From positions 8,866,001 to 8,930,000 of the forward strand of contig CP075497.1 of assembly GCA_021613535.1 (NCBI GenBank): a DNA stretch of 64,000 bases, read 5' to 3'. The DNA comes from Adineta vaga (taxonomy: Eukaryota; Animalia; Rotifera). Made by a program: the position numbers and the translations under genes. Each line of letters opens with the position of its first letter. Position 1 is the stretch's first letter. The notes under the pieces were generated by a model, which was not told the DNA's origin, searched no databases, and was given only the letters and a program-made list of their open reading frames with translations. This document shows positions 14,392 to 27,921 of this stretch, one piece after another.

Positions 14392-15440
14392 AAACACTAT
14401 TGTGATGACTTGGAATCTCTTTTCCTAATGCGATACATGTGATATCTATCTAATATTCACTAGGATAAGAACATGTAGATCAGAATTTTTGAGAATGAAT
14501 ATAATTTTTAGGTTTTATCTGTTATCGTGTGGTTTTTTTCCTTTTAAATATGATAGCGAAAATTATAAATGATTGTTAACAGATTGTTAATGTTCTTCTT
14601 CCTCTTTGAGGTATTGCTGATTATACGATTAGGAGTCATATCACTGATATATTGACATTTCAAAATATAGACGACATGAATGAAAAGATGATATATACCT
14701 TGAAAAAATACTCACGTCTAGCTTATAGCAGTTTCACATGACAATTAACCTTCATCTTCCAATGATATATTTATAAATCAATGTGCTATCTCAAGGTAAA
14801 TATGTGTTTTAAAATCAAAACAAAATTTAATAAGAATTTCATCAAATACATATATATATATACTTATAATTCGTTTTTTTTCTTGTATACGAAACAGCAA
14901 AGTAATATAACAAATACACATACACAATATTCTTTCATTCATCATTCTGCAAAGAATAAAAAAATGCAAATATAGATAACTCAAAAAAAACAAGTATTAA
15001 GTGTTTTTTTCTCTTTGGAAAAGTTTGTCGCGTTTCAAAGAACACTGGTACACATCGACTAAGATGATTAATACACGTACAATGTATAAAAAAAACGAAT
15101 ATACTGCCCAATGAATACATCGAAAGAAAGATAAAGAACATATGACCAGAAGACACGACAATGATATATAAATATATACACAAACAAATAAAATACAGTT
15201 CATTCTTCGATTCACCTAGATGGAAAAAAATGTCAAGTAAATATACAATAATGTCATTCTCACGAAACAAACAACAATTAGAAGAATATGAATAATATAG
15301 ATGATATTGCGCTACAAAATAATCACGACAGAAACAAAAAAGAAAACATGAATCACAAAAGAAAGACTAACTTGGCTGTTCATCGTCATTTATGAATGAA
15401 TTAATACTGTTCGAAGAAGTTTTTTCTTTTTGACTAGGAA

Positions 15441-18312
15441 TTAAGCATGAACAGGAGATGAAACATTCGTAAGTAGATTATGTGTTGATTGTTGATGGTT
15501 TTCTTCTTCATCTTCATCAACTTCATGTTCATCATCTTCCTCATCATCTTCATCATTTAAATCTTCTTTTGTCGACATATTAACCGGCTCTTGATCATCA
15601 TCTTCATCATCATCATTATGTGAAGATTTTTTTTCATTTGTAGATTTTATTTGTAATTGAGAACGATTAATTGGTTCTAATTTAACTTTATTTGGAATAA
15701 ATATTTCATTATGTTGTTGTTGACTTGAGAGAGAATTTGAAAATAAGGGTTGTGTAACTGTCGTCGTAGTATTTGTTGAATTCAATGACGAAGATGAGGA
15801 GGGAGTGATCGAATTGTTATTAATATTTGCTGTTCGAGAACGATGACTCGAACGTAAATGAGAATACCAATCTTTCGGTATTGGAAATATTTGATTACAT
15901 AACTCACAACGATGTGGTCGAGTACCAGAATCATGAGTTTTAACATGACTATTAAAATTACCGATTGTTCGATAACTTTTCAAACACAACGGACAAGCAT
16001 ATGGTTTTTCGCCCTAGCAAGAAGAAGAAGAAGAAAGAGAAATTTTTAGATAACCATCCATTTTTTCATGAGAAGGTTATTATTTGCATGTTTATACATA
16101 TTAATTCATAATCAAAGAGGATTTCGAGGTGAAAGGTATTGTCTGTACCCTTAAAAGATTGTCTTTCACTTTCTCTTTCCAATTGATATTAAATTTCCTT
16201 TAAGATCTGACGAGAAGGATCTTATATAAACAGGGTTATTATATCAATATATATATATATATATTCCTATTGAATATCAATCTTTAACTTTTATTAATGA
16301 TTGCATGCCTTCATTTGTCCTTCTAAAGTAATAGAGGCAAAGAAATCTGAAAACTAGTCATCACGAATAGAGTTTTTTCATTCAGTATAACTAATGAGCC
16401 TTACTAAAATGTGATGAAATGTTAGATAAGGAGCAAAGGGCATTGTAATCAAAATATAATTCTTTTTTTACTTACCGTATGTATACGAACATGAATTTGA
16501 AGATCACCTGAATTGGTAAAACGTTTTTCACAATAAGTACTAAATGCGAAGAGAAAAAATAAGAATGGATTATTATTATTATTGTAAAAAAGAACAAAAG
16601 ATATTCTTACCATGGATATGGTTTATCATTCGTATGACGTCGTACATGAATTTGAATATTAGTAACTATTTTTTCACATAAACCACATTGATATTTTTTT
16701 AAATTACCCAATTGTTTTGCCATGAACACTTGCTTTTGACCTGTTTGATTGATTGCTGTAATTGTTAAACCTTCTGCTGTTGGTGTTGTTGATATTGATG
16801 TGGGTAAATTCTTATTAACATTTGGAATATTTGCATTATTTTGTCGATTAGCAACACTTGAAGTTGTATTGGAACTATCCGTGCTTGCCCCACCCATTGA
16901 ATATTCATCATCATCATCAACATCATCAAATGAAGGTGATGGTATTGTTGACGATAGAATATTATTTGTTGTTGTAACTTCTAATGTCGATGGATGTTTT
17001 CGACGTCCTCCTCCACGTGTTTTTATTGGATCTTAAGATGGAGACAAAAAGAAAAAAGAAACACATCAAGATAAATATTTAAGAAAAAGAAAATCAAAAA
17101 AAAAAGATTTCGTCACAGCAAACATGCTGTGATATATTTAGGCATTATCGAAAACTCATGCATTCTTACCTTAAACTATTTCAATTTAAGAAATGAAAGA
17201 TATTTAAAAACTAAAGAAAATAGAATGGAAGAAAACGCATAACTTACGATGATCAATTGTACCATTTGAAAGATTTAATGTATTATTGCCAATATCTGAA
17301 AGAGCTTCTGTTCCCTAGAAAATAACATCTTGATTAGTTTCATTATTATTCAACGATTTATGACACTTACAGATCGTAGAGAAACAGCAATACGTTCAAT
17401 ATGATTGCCTTTCACCGAGTTGAGTGATCGACTGTTCGACGAGGGAAAATTATTGGTTAAAGTTTTGGAATTTGAAGAAAATGGTATATCAGTAAGAATA
17501 TTAGGTTTTAAAAGATTAACATAATTGTACGATTCATTATTCGATAGATTTTGATCTTTTGTTAAACGTTTAAATTTTTTCTTTGGATTCGCTTTTTCAG
17601 GTTCAGATATATGATATGGTTTTCGTCTCGGACTTGTTCGTTTTTTTGGTAGAGTTGTTTGTGTTTCTTGTAATTCATCATCACTAATACCATCTTCTTC
17701 CGTATCTTCCTCTTCTTCACCAGCATGACGATTGGACGAATGAATTTTAACAATTAATTGAACACCACCTGTTGGTTTTTTCATACTATGATTATTGTTA
17801 TTCGTCTGATCAATATGTTTTGGTGCACCTTTACGTTTCGATTGTCGTTTTGGTAGAACAGCTTTATCTTCATTTTGTTCGATGATTTCGGAAGTTTTCT
17901 CTTGTTGATTTCCATTGGATAATTTTTCTGAAGAAGTTTTCAGTTGTTGATTCAATTGATAATGAACAATATGGGATGTTTTACGAAATTTTGATCGTAA
18001 ACTTTTCTGTGTTTGTTGAAATGTTCGAAAAGCTGTATCAAGTTTATTCAATGCTGCAGCACATGTACCACAAACAACTTGTGAATAAGGATCGGTAGAA
18101 TTATTTCCATTGATCGTTGTTTCATTTTCAGGTAATCGAATACATAAATATCGAACAATAAGATCCCGATAACGATATGGTCGACGTTTATATATATTGT
18201 AGATTCGATGATTATTTTGTGAACACCATAATTTATGATGAGAAGTTGATGAATCTTTTAGACGTGTATAACAAAGACGACATCGATCTTTTATATTCGT
18301 CCCAGTGGTCAT
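15441..18312 (-). CDS. C2H2 zinc-finger transcription factor with N-terminal ZAD (zf-AD)-like C4 domain (5 coding exons)
   Basis: Exons ~17371-18312, 17228-17315, 16610-17032, 16476-16540, 15441-16014. N-terminus has CRLC...VVCGTCAAALNKLDTAFRTFQQTQ. Four C2H2 fingers ([54 protein letters not shown]) and an acidic tail. Confidence 0.88.
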
Positions 18313-18759
18313 TTCTAGAAAAGAGAAACATTACAATAGACACGTTTTACTTCTACAATGTGCACATATCTAATTCGTAATATAATTTGATTAATCTAAT
18401 AAATGTACCTGTAACGTGAATACAAAAAAAAAAGAAAGAACGATAAATTGCTAAGAATCATTTCTATTCTCATTATTTCATGTGTTACGATTTCTTAGCT
18501 AGATTTTGTCCGTTTAACTGTAGTCATAAAAGATGTTGACGATCTCCTCTGTTCACTTATATGCGCACAATCGACATATAAATCTTTCTAACTCTTTCGG
18601 AGAACTATGCTGTGAGAAATATACGTATAGAGATAGGAAACAATATTCATTGGAAACCGAGGGTGGGAAGATGTAGAAAAGCGAGGAGAAAATGTCGTCG
18701 AACTTTCTTTTTACTCGGGTATGAACATATTTTTTTATGCGTGCTATAACTATCACCAG

Positions 18760-21120
18760 GAGAGATGGAGAGAGAACGGGAAGAGAAGTAGGTTGTTTGC
18801 TCGTTCATTTTTCTTTCGTTGAATCTGATGATGATGATGATGATGATGATGTTCAGAACAGTTCTTCTTTTTTTCCTTCTCGGTGTTTTTCTCTCTCTCT
18901 CTCTCACATACACGCATAACACACAGAAAGAGAATAGACAGGCACTTTTTTGAAGGACGACAAGACAGGCTTCGTAGTACCACGGTCAGGATTGAACAGC
19001 GCAATAGTAATGTTCCCTGTTTTGTTCTTCATCATCATCATCATCATCTTCTTCTTCTTTTTCTTCTTGAAAAACTCCTCCTCTTCGTTCTTCTGTTCCG
19101 TTTTATCCTTCTCGTTTTTTTTTCTATCCATCATGTTCACAATTGCGTGTATAATACTTCTATATGCATATTTCTAAGGTTCTTTTTTTCCCTCTTCTCT
19201 TCGTTCGATTTTCTCTATCTCACTCATTGCTGTTAGTTGATGAAAAGAAGAAAAAAAAAGAAGGAAAAATAGAATAGAAACAAAAAATATAGTTGTATAA
19301 TATTATATGAATAGATTTTTTTTTCTGGACATTCTTCGCTTTTCTGTATTCATCGATTGTGTGTTCAAACGAGAAGAAAAAAAAGAAGGAGAGGAAAACC
19401 TGAATCCTAATGAATATTCTTTGTACTCCTCGTCTCCAACATTCTTCCTTTTATTCAGAACAAAAAAACGTTCAATATAAGCAACACACATAGAAAGATG
19501 ACAAAAAGCAAGAAAAAAGGCAAATACACGCACACAACACCATCACGGAAATGATGTATTGCACAGAAGGAGAAAATAGAGTTCTGTGTGTGTGCGTACA
19601 ACAAGAAGAAAAAAAAAGAAAAAAAGTAGCGGAAAAAGAAAAAATCTAACACACACTGACTGATCCAATAGTAATGGAAGAGTAAAAGCTGCATCTAACT
19701 ATTCTCGCTTGATTTGAGATGAAAAAAATCTATTATTTGCTGAAAAATATTTCAATCGAAGATATTTGTTATTCAGTTAGTTTTCTGAAACTAACTTAAA
19801 ATGTACAATGAAAGAATGTAATAATAATTTAAATAAAATAGATGCAATTTCTATAATACGTAAAAAGAAGAATTTTCTATTCTATTCGATGTATAAATGA
19901 ATAAAATTTACAAATACTCACAGAAAACCCAGAATAATTAATTTTGCATATTGGCTCGTTCATTGCTCTGTCAAGGTAACAAGAAAGACTATAGACAATA
20001 AAACTCTAGACTGTTGCTGCTATTGCTTGTTCTATGCCGCCATCTTTTTTCACTGTCTATTTATTCAGCTCCTCATTTTACATACACTATCATCCACCTC
20101 TATGCATACTCACATGTTATTACAGCTTTCTTGTTACGAAAGATGACTTAGTTCTGTCCCGATTTCACACAGTAAGAGAATCTTTATCTACATCACAAAC
20201 GACGTTGTCGTCAATGTACGTTTTTTTTTCATTGTTGTTGTTCTCCCTCTTCCTCTCTCTCTCTCTCTCTGTGTCTCTGTCTCTCCTTCTCTGTCTTTAT
20301 GTTGATTCCTACCTTCTTCGATTCGTACAAGAGAGAAGAAGAAATACAGAAAGTCAACGCGGCGCGTGGATAAACTTTTTTATACTCTCGAAGTATGTAT
20401 GTGTATGTTCTTCCTCTTACGAGTACACATTTCTTTCTTTACATATTATCAATTTTCCCCTTCTTTACTTCACTTTGGAACAGACAAATGAAAGTAAAAA
20501 AAGAATGCATTGAATACATACGTCGTTTCAAGGACGATGAGGCCAAGCGTCACCAAGAATCATCGACGACATTTTGCTTTTTCTCTCTTTTCTTTTTTCT
20601 ATCTGTCTATCTTTTTCGCTCTTTCTTCTTTCAATGTATGATTCGATTCTAGTTTCCTCTTCTTCTTCTTCTCCTCTCAATTGTCCAAACAGCAGCAACA
20701 GCAGGTTTTCGTCCCTTCACTACTATATATATATATTATATCGTCCCTCTTTTTGTACATTACACCCAATCTATACAAGACGATGCCTGTTCTTTCTTGC
20801 TCTTCCTTTTTCCCTTTTTCTCTCGATTTTTTTTCAAAAAAGCCAATATTAACTGACTGCTTCTTTCTATGGGACTTTTTTGTATGTGTATGTTTCTTTG
20901 TTTCGACTGCTGCTGCTGCTGTTGCTTCTATAGCCTTCTTGTTCCGATTACAATATGTATGTATAGATGTATGTATGAAAAAAAGAACGAAAAGAGAAGT
21001 ACATAACGATGAAAAACGAAGCAAAAAAAAGAAAAGAAATTGAGAATAGCACTTTTATAATGATTATAGTTATGATTATTATTATTATTGCTGTTGTTGT
21101 TAACTAAATACAAAATGATG
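18760..21120. repeat. Microsatellite/low-complexity-rich non-coding tract upstream of the zinc-finger gene
   Basis: Dense (GAT)n, (CT)n, (CAT)n, (CTT)n, (GCT)n, (TAT)n and poly-A/T runs. The overlapping ORFs here translate only as homopolymeric peptides. Confidence 0.7.
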
Positions 21121-21686
21121 ATGTTGATCATGGTATTTCAGATTAATATATAAACTGAAATTATTGTTTGACAACTAGATTGATATTTATCTGTTAAAAA
21201 ATTTTATCGGATAGATAACGAATAAGAACAAACTTCACTAATAATCATATATTTATAATTTTTGTCGATTGCATTGCGAACTGTACTGAGAATTTTCACA
21301 TTTGATCAAATCTCAAGTGAAAATGAAAGTGTCACATATTTTGTCGTCATTATTTAGAAAGCATACAAAAGAATCATCACATTTGAAAGAACCTATTTCT
21401 GTGCTAAATAATCAATATGAGAGAATATATACATGGAAAGAATAAATATAATCAATTGCTGTCTGTATTAAGTCAATGATATGTTCACTAAGAGAAAATT
21501 TCAAATTTCTTGTCTTTCGTTTGTATACAAATAATTTTTATGAAATCGTTGGGAACAAAATAAAAATCATCTGTTTTTCATATACAGCTTGTTTAATACA
21601 AAAAAAAATAAAAGCTAGATTAAATCTTACTAATCCTACATAGACACGTAAAGATCATTGAGAAACCACACAGAAAAATCACTTGT

Positions 21687-23187
21687 CTATGCAGTTTGTT
21701 TACCACCAGTTACTAAAAAGAAATAGTAGTTAAGAAAAAGAAGAAAATATTACAAGTACATTTACCAGCAAGAATTTCACTAAAAGAATCAAATTAATTG
21801 TAATCATATCGAAAAAGATGAGATTGATAACTTACCCGGATACGTAAGATGAATCGGCTGCTGAAGCTAAGAAAACAAAGGCAGGTGCTAATTCTCTTGG
21901 TTGTGCTGGTCGTTTAATTGGATAATTTGAACCGAATTGTGCATTTTTTTCTTTCTTAAATGAAGCAATAACTAACGGTGTCCAAACAGGTCCAGGCTAA
22001 ATGAAAACACATTCTATCAACGAGGAAACTCGAAATTAAATTTCAATATTTACCGCAACACAGTTTACTCGAATACCTTTCTCTAAAAGTTTGTCCGCTA
22101 AACCTTTTGTAAAACCAACAATCGCAGCTTTTGTTGTTGCATAATCTAAGATTTCAGCTGATGGATCATAACTAAATTTGCAAACATAATTTAATACAAA
22201 TGAAAATCATTTTTGAGAGAACTTTACGCTTGAATTGAACCAACATTAATAATTGATCCACCTTTAGGAATATGTGGAACTGCATATCGAACCAAATCAA
22301 ACACTGACAAAAAGAACCATTATAGAAGATCTAATCTTCTTTTCGTTTTTCATTTATAAACTTACTGGAAATAATATTTGTTTTAAATGTATATTCCACT
22401 CGTTTATGATCAAGTTCTGCAATATCATCCTAGTTAAAATTATATTTTCAAGATAGTATTCTATTTTCTTGCAATGAAATTAACTGACCACTTGTTTTCC
22501 TTGATAAGCAGCATTATTAACTAAGATATCAATTCGTTTATATTTTGAAACAGCTGTATCAATAATACGTCTGCATTGTTCTTCCTAAAGTTCCTTTTTC
22601 TCTTGTATTTTTTACTTTTCAAACTCAAAACTTACGTTACTAATATCGCCAGGCTAAAACGTAAAAAGAAACAGACTGTTTATTAAACGAATATTCTTTT
22701 TATTGTCAATATCAATAGTTATATCAAGAGTAAACTCATATGTATGAGAAACTTACCACTAAAGTACATTCTCGACCTTCTTGTTCTATAACTTTCTGAA
22801 TTTCTTGTGCATCTTGATGTTCATCTAAATATGAAATGATAATTGTTGCACCTTCGCGTGCAAATGCTAAAGCAACAGCTCGGCCAATACCAGAATCACC
22901 ACCTCAAAAAAAGAATACATAAGGTTCTTTTTTCTATCGGATTCGATTCTCTTACCAGTAATCACAGCAACTTTATCTTGAAGTTTACCCGAACCTTTAT
23001 AACTATCAACACCATAATCTGGAATAGGATCCATTTTAAATTCAAAACCAGGTGAGTCTTGCTCTTGTGGTTTAAATTTTGGCTGAGGACCAGCCTATAT
23101 ATATATACATAGCTAGTAACATCAATATTCACTATTATTATCAAGCTTTACCTTCATTGGATCACCATGAAGATCGTATTTCGACAT
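21687..23187 (-). CDS. Classical short-chain dehydrogenase/reductase, YghA/YhdF/general-stress-protein-39 type (11 exons)
   Basis: Spliced product [152 protein letters not shown], with TGxxxGIG and YxxxK motifs. Confidence 0.93.
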
Positions 23188-23541
23188 GTTAAAAAGAACC
23201 TATTCACTGTAGTTAGAATTCTGGAAAATGAAACGGAATAGTGCAAACGCAGTGCACTTTTATATAACGTCGAAGAGTCGACTCGTGTAGTCTACACGTG
23301 AGAAGAATATTGTAGCGACAATTATTCAAACGCAAGATATGATTGGCTTTTATGACTAATCAATGAAAATCTATTGAACGAGTGTAGTGTTTTAGACGTT
23401 TGTTCGTCAGTTAGTCGATTTCTTGCACCATCATAGTGTAATATATAACATTCCAATCTGCCTATTGCATACATATATATAATAGTCGCATTCGATTGAT
23501 TCTCTTTGTCATAATTTCTGATATTAATAACTTCTTTCAGA
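23188..23541. promoter_or_regulatory. Short divergent promoter region shared by the SDR and TFIIA-gamma genes
   Basis: The two start codons are 354 bp apart, head-to-head. Minus-strand TATATAAAA at ~23258-23266, inverted repeat CGTGTAG-T-CTACACG at 23284-23298, and a CACGTG E-box at 23295-23300. Confidence 0.5.
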
Positions 23542-24081
23542 ATGGCCAATTATCAACTTTATCGTAATACAACATTAGGTGTGACATTACAAGATACACT
23601 AGAAGAAATGATTTCGGTTAATAACTAAGAATTACCTTTTGTTCAGACGTACATGCTTATTTTTCTTTTATGTAGCAAGGTCAATTGACTGAACAAGCAG
23701 CTGGAAAAGTTCTAAGTGAATTTGATCGTTCTATTAATTTAGCACTTGACAAACGAATTAATAAAAAAGTTAATTTTTCGGTAAAAACCGACAACTATGA
23801 TGATGAAATAAATATAATTGTGTTTTTTCCCTTTCTCTTTTTATTCTTTTAGGGAAAATTAAGCACCTATCGTTTTTGTGACAATGTTTGGACACTTGTA
23901 TTGAAAGATTTTGTTGTTAAAGAAGGTAATCAAGGTCAACATAATACAACTCCAACGTCTCAAATACCTCGTGTCGATAAAGTTAAAATCGTTGCATGTG
24001 ATGGCAAAGGTAATTGAACATTTTTGCATTCGAAAAAGAAATTTATTTTTATTTGTTGTTATAGGTGCTGGACAAACTTAA
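23542..24081 (+). CDS. GTF2A2: Transcription initiation factor IIA gamma subunit (4 exons)
   Basis: [97 protein letters not shown], the signature TFIIA-gamma sequence. Confidence 0.96.
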
Positions 24082-24220
24082 AACAATCTCTTTGAAATCT
24101 TTTTTGATGTATACTTGATGTTTTTTTGTATATGAATATTCATCGAAATTTTTCTTTTCTCTTTTGGGATATCTATATATGTATGAAGCAAATAAAGAAT
24201 TCGATTTTGTCATCTTTCAG

Positions 24221-27200
24221 ATGTCGGAATATAATGATATTGCTGGAAGTGATGATATTATTTCATTGAATTATGATACTCAAGAAACATTCAAGTATAT
24301 CTATTCATTTTCATCATATTTTCAATTCTAATATATCATACTTTTCTAGTGAACATTCATATCGAGCTAAACAGGCTGTAAATCGAATTGATAAAACAAT
24401 ATCTGTCAAAGGTTATTGGAAAATTTCATTTTATTAAATAGAAAAAGAAACCCATTTGTTTGTAGATCAAGCAAAAGAAAATCAAAAACCAATGAAACAG
24501 GTACGGTTTTTTTTCGGCAATAAGATAAATTTCTCAATGAGTTACATTCGATTGCATACCTAACGTTTTCATATTACAGGTGGTGGATGAAGACCAAGCT
24601 GAGATAATGGAAGCTGAAACACAAAATTATTCACAACCAATAGTAAATAACGAAATACCAGTTGAAGAATTAACAACTAGTATTGATACTCAAAATACTT
24701 TATCATCTACTACTGTATGAATATAAATCACAGTAATATTGAATGAAAAAGAAAAAAGTTTCTGTTTCTTGTTTTCAGCCATTTGTAATTCGACCACCAT
24801 TGGTTCAGTCAACATTAACTGATGGAAGTAGCATCTCAGCTGAGAAAGGTAATTGAGATCAATTCTATAATTTGATAGTTGATTTCAATTTGAATGATAG
24901 ATTCAATCATAGTCGAATCACAGATCAATGGCGAGGTATGTATCTATTCAAATAATGCTTTGTAATTATCTTCATATAAATAGAATAATATATTGACTGA
25001 ACCACCATTAAAATCAACATTGGTTTGTAATTAGTTGAGTAAAATGTTGGAATATCATTTTTCTATCATTTTAGAATGTGATTACTACTGGACTTGAGAG
25101 TGCAACTGCAACAAATAGTAATTAATACTAGATTTCTGATTTTAAAACGAAATTTTATCTTTAGATTTACGCCTTTACATCTCACCAGCAGCCAGTATTC
25201 ATGAAACAACGAATATGGATGATGCTCAGTAAGGATTTATTCTTCGAATCTAATTCTATTCAATTATTCAATCTTAGACCAAATCCAATCAATACATTAG
25301 TAAAAGACAATGAAGTTAATCATCGAGAATCAGGTAGAGAATATGAAATGAAATTGTTATCTTTTTATAGTTAAAACTATTATCTTTGAATTAGATGATA
25401 AACCAAAAGAAGAACCGATGGATACAAGTGATGCACAAGTTTCTCTCGGTAGTGATGGTATTATCGAATCACATAACACATATGTACCTAATAATCATGA
25501 ATCTGCTTCAGTTACTGAAAAATCTACAAAAGTACAATCACCTGTTCAAAACAAAACCTCAGTAAGTTTCTTGCTCTTTATTGTTTCTAATGTTTTACCA
25601 TAGTTAAATTTTAGGTTTCACCTAAGTCAAAAGCATCATATGCATTAAGTCAACCAACAACAGATAAGTTCGACGCTATTCTTGCTAAATTAACGACTTC
25701 AACAACTAATAATAGCAATAATGATTCAAATATAACAATTGTAAGAAATATAGAACTTGAATATTTCATAGTCCATGAAAGTCATTTTTAGCGTGAAGAA
25801 GAAGAAATTTATATTAAAGAATCTATCTCGAAAACATTACGTCGTTATTCTGTAAAAGTCGATCCGGATGGACGAACAATATCACGTGATCTCCTTCTTG
25901 AGGTAATATTTTTTCTATCAAAAAACCTTTTCACTATAAAATAATTTATTCTTTTATAACAGCGTATCATTGAAGAAAATACTACGACTCGAATAGAAAC
26001 ATGGCCATCATCGGATAAGAAACCTGTTCGAACAGTTGCTAAACCTGTCGTCCCACCTGTTCAGAGTGCTCGAAAGAAATCAGCAAAACTATTAACACCA
26101 AAACGACGAACTAAAAGTTTGTAAGTAACATATACGTTGAATAATGAGGACTATTTCAAACAATTAACTGAGTAATTTCTAAACGTCTTTATTGATTTTA
26201 GAAAACCAACAGCAACTACACCTACAGTTTCGTCTAAAAAGATAATCACTGTGCGAAGGTGACTTTTCAAATTGTGTATGATTATCTGTATATTTTTCTT
26301 ATAATATTAGTGATGATGATGATGATGATGATGATGTGATTAGTGTGGACCCAGATGAAAATTCTAGTGATGATAATAAAGATGAAGACGATAATGATAA
26401 TGATGATGATGATGAACCAACTGGCAATCTCAGTGGTGATGATTTTATGCCAACAAATTCTTCAGGACAGCCAGTTAAAAAAGGTTTACGAGTGTATGCA
26501 AAATGGCTTGATGGTCATTTCTATCCGGGTATTGTTGGAAATGTCTCCGGTGAAAAGTAAGTAGAAAAAAAATCAGGTATTTATTGATTGAATGAAATTT
26601 TGATGTAGATGTATGATTGAATATGATGATGGCGCTAAGCGTTCTGTTAAAATACATGACATTATATCTCAAAGTTATCTGGACATAAATCAGAATGTTT
26701 TGGTACAAATTTCAGATGGATCTTTTCAAGATGGAATTATCAAACGTTTAATAAAAAAGAGAAAAACAGGTAATATTGGTTATGTTGTTGAAACAGGTGG
26801 AAAAGAAAAATGGTATCCATTACAATTTGTCTCATTAACTGCTGAACAAGCTGAACAGTTACCAGTAGTTACAATCAATAGTACAGAAGGTAATAATTAG
26901 TTTTTGAATTGGTTCGACTAATCGATTCGGTTCTAGAAGTGACATCCATTGCTCAAGGAAAACGTAAACGAACATCAACTCTACCACAATCACCTAATAA
27001 AAAACCTAAAAGTTCTACCATATCATCTTCACCAACTAAAAGAACAAGTAACATAGAATGAATTTATTCGATTGTATTCTTATCTAAAAACAATGAATTT
27101 AGCTTTTACACCAACACGTCAAACAAAACTATTCAATTCAATGAATTTTCTTCTCACAGGTTTCAATGGTAAACGACTTGTTATTATCGTTATGTTTCAT

Positions 27201-27613
27201 TGCAAATATTTATCTTTGATTAGAATCGATGGATATTCGACATGAAACTCAAAATGCTATTGAAGGTCATGGTGGAAAAGTCATTGAAAAAATGCCAAAT
27301 ACTGTAAGAGAAGAAAATACTTATGATATTAATTATTTCTTTTCGTTTAATGATTATTAGAATCGACGTGATAATGTTTATCTAATATCAGATAAAGCTA
27401 GAAAGACAGCGAAATTCTTTGATGCTAAAAAAATAAATATTCCTTGTGTAAATCACAAATGGATTCATGAATCCATCGAAAAAGTAAGCTTTGTTTATAA
27501 AAATTGAATGAATTATTTGATTGAAATTCTAGGGCGAAGTTCAAGAATGGGAAGACTATAATTTAGTTCCAGCAGACAAAGAAACAAAAGTGAACGAAAA
27601 TCATGAAGATTAG
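24221..27613 (+). CDS. TP53BP1: Compact 53BP1-like protein: disordered N-terminus, oligomerisation-like segment, tandem Tudor, GKRKR motif, single BRCT
   Basis: About 20 short exons. Tudor GLRVYAKWLDGHFYPGIV..IEYDDG; second Tudor VLVQISDGSFQDGIIK..YVVETGGKEKWY; post-Tudor AQGKRKRT; BRCT LFNSMNFLLTG..GHGGKVIE..LISDKARKTAKFFDAKKINIPCVNHKWIHES..DYNLVPA; TAG at 27611-27613. Confidence 0.85.
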
Positions 27614-27921
27614 AAAAACATTCTATCATGTCAGATTTATCTTATAGAAGATATACGAATTAGTTGTAGGCACATATTTTTTGTATGTTGTAACATATGT
27701 CTTGTGATATTTAATTCTAATAAATGACAGAATCTATTTATATAATTTATCAAATTTGTTGGAAAAAATATGAGAGTGAAATATATATACATATATATAT
27801 ATATATTATTACATCAATCATTAAGTTGACATCTTTAGATGATTTTTATATCGAATAAATGAAGCATTTTTCAAGCTAGACACATTTGAGTTTTTCTTGA
27901 AAACAGTATTCGCAAAGCTCA

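Noticed and set aside
17113-17132. 8-bp hairpin TCACAGCA-aaca-TGCTGTGA in a zinc-finger gene intron, and GAGCTC pair at ~48272-48288
   Set aside because: Short inverted repeats like these are expected by chance in 64 kb, and there is no further support.
18553-21131. Many overlapping 60-160 aa ORFs on both strands
   Set aside because: They are translations of microsatellites and poly-purine/pyrimidine tracts (poly-H, poly-M, poly-F, poly-K) with no domain or splice-supported structure.
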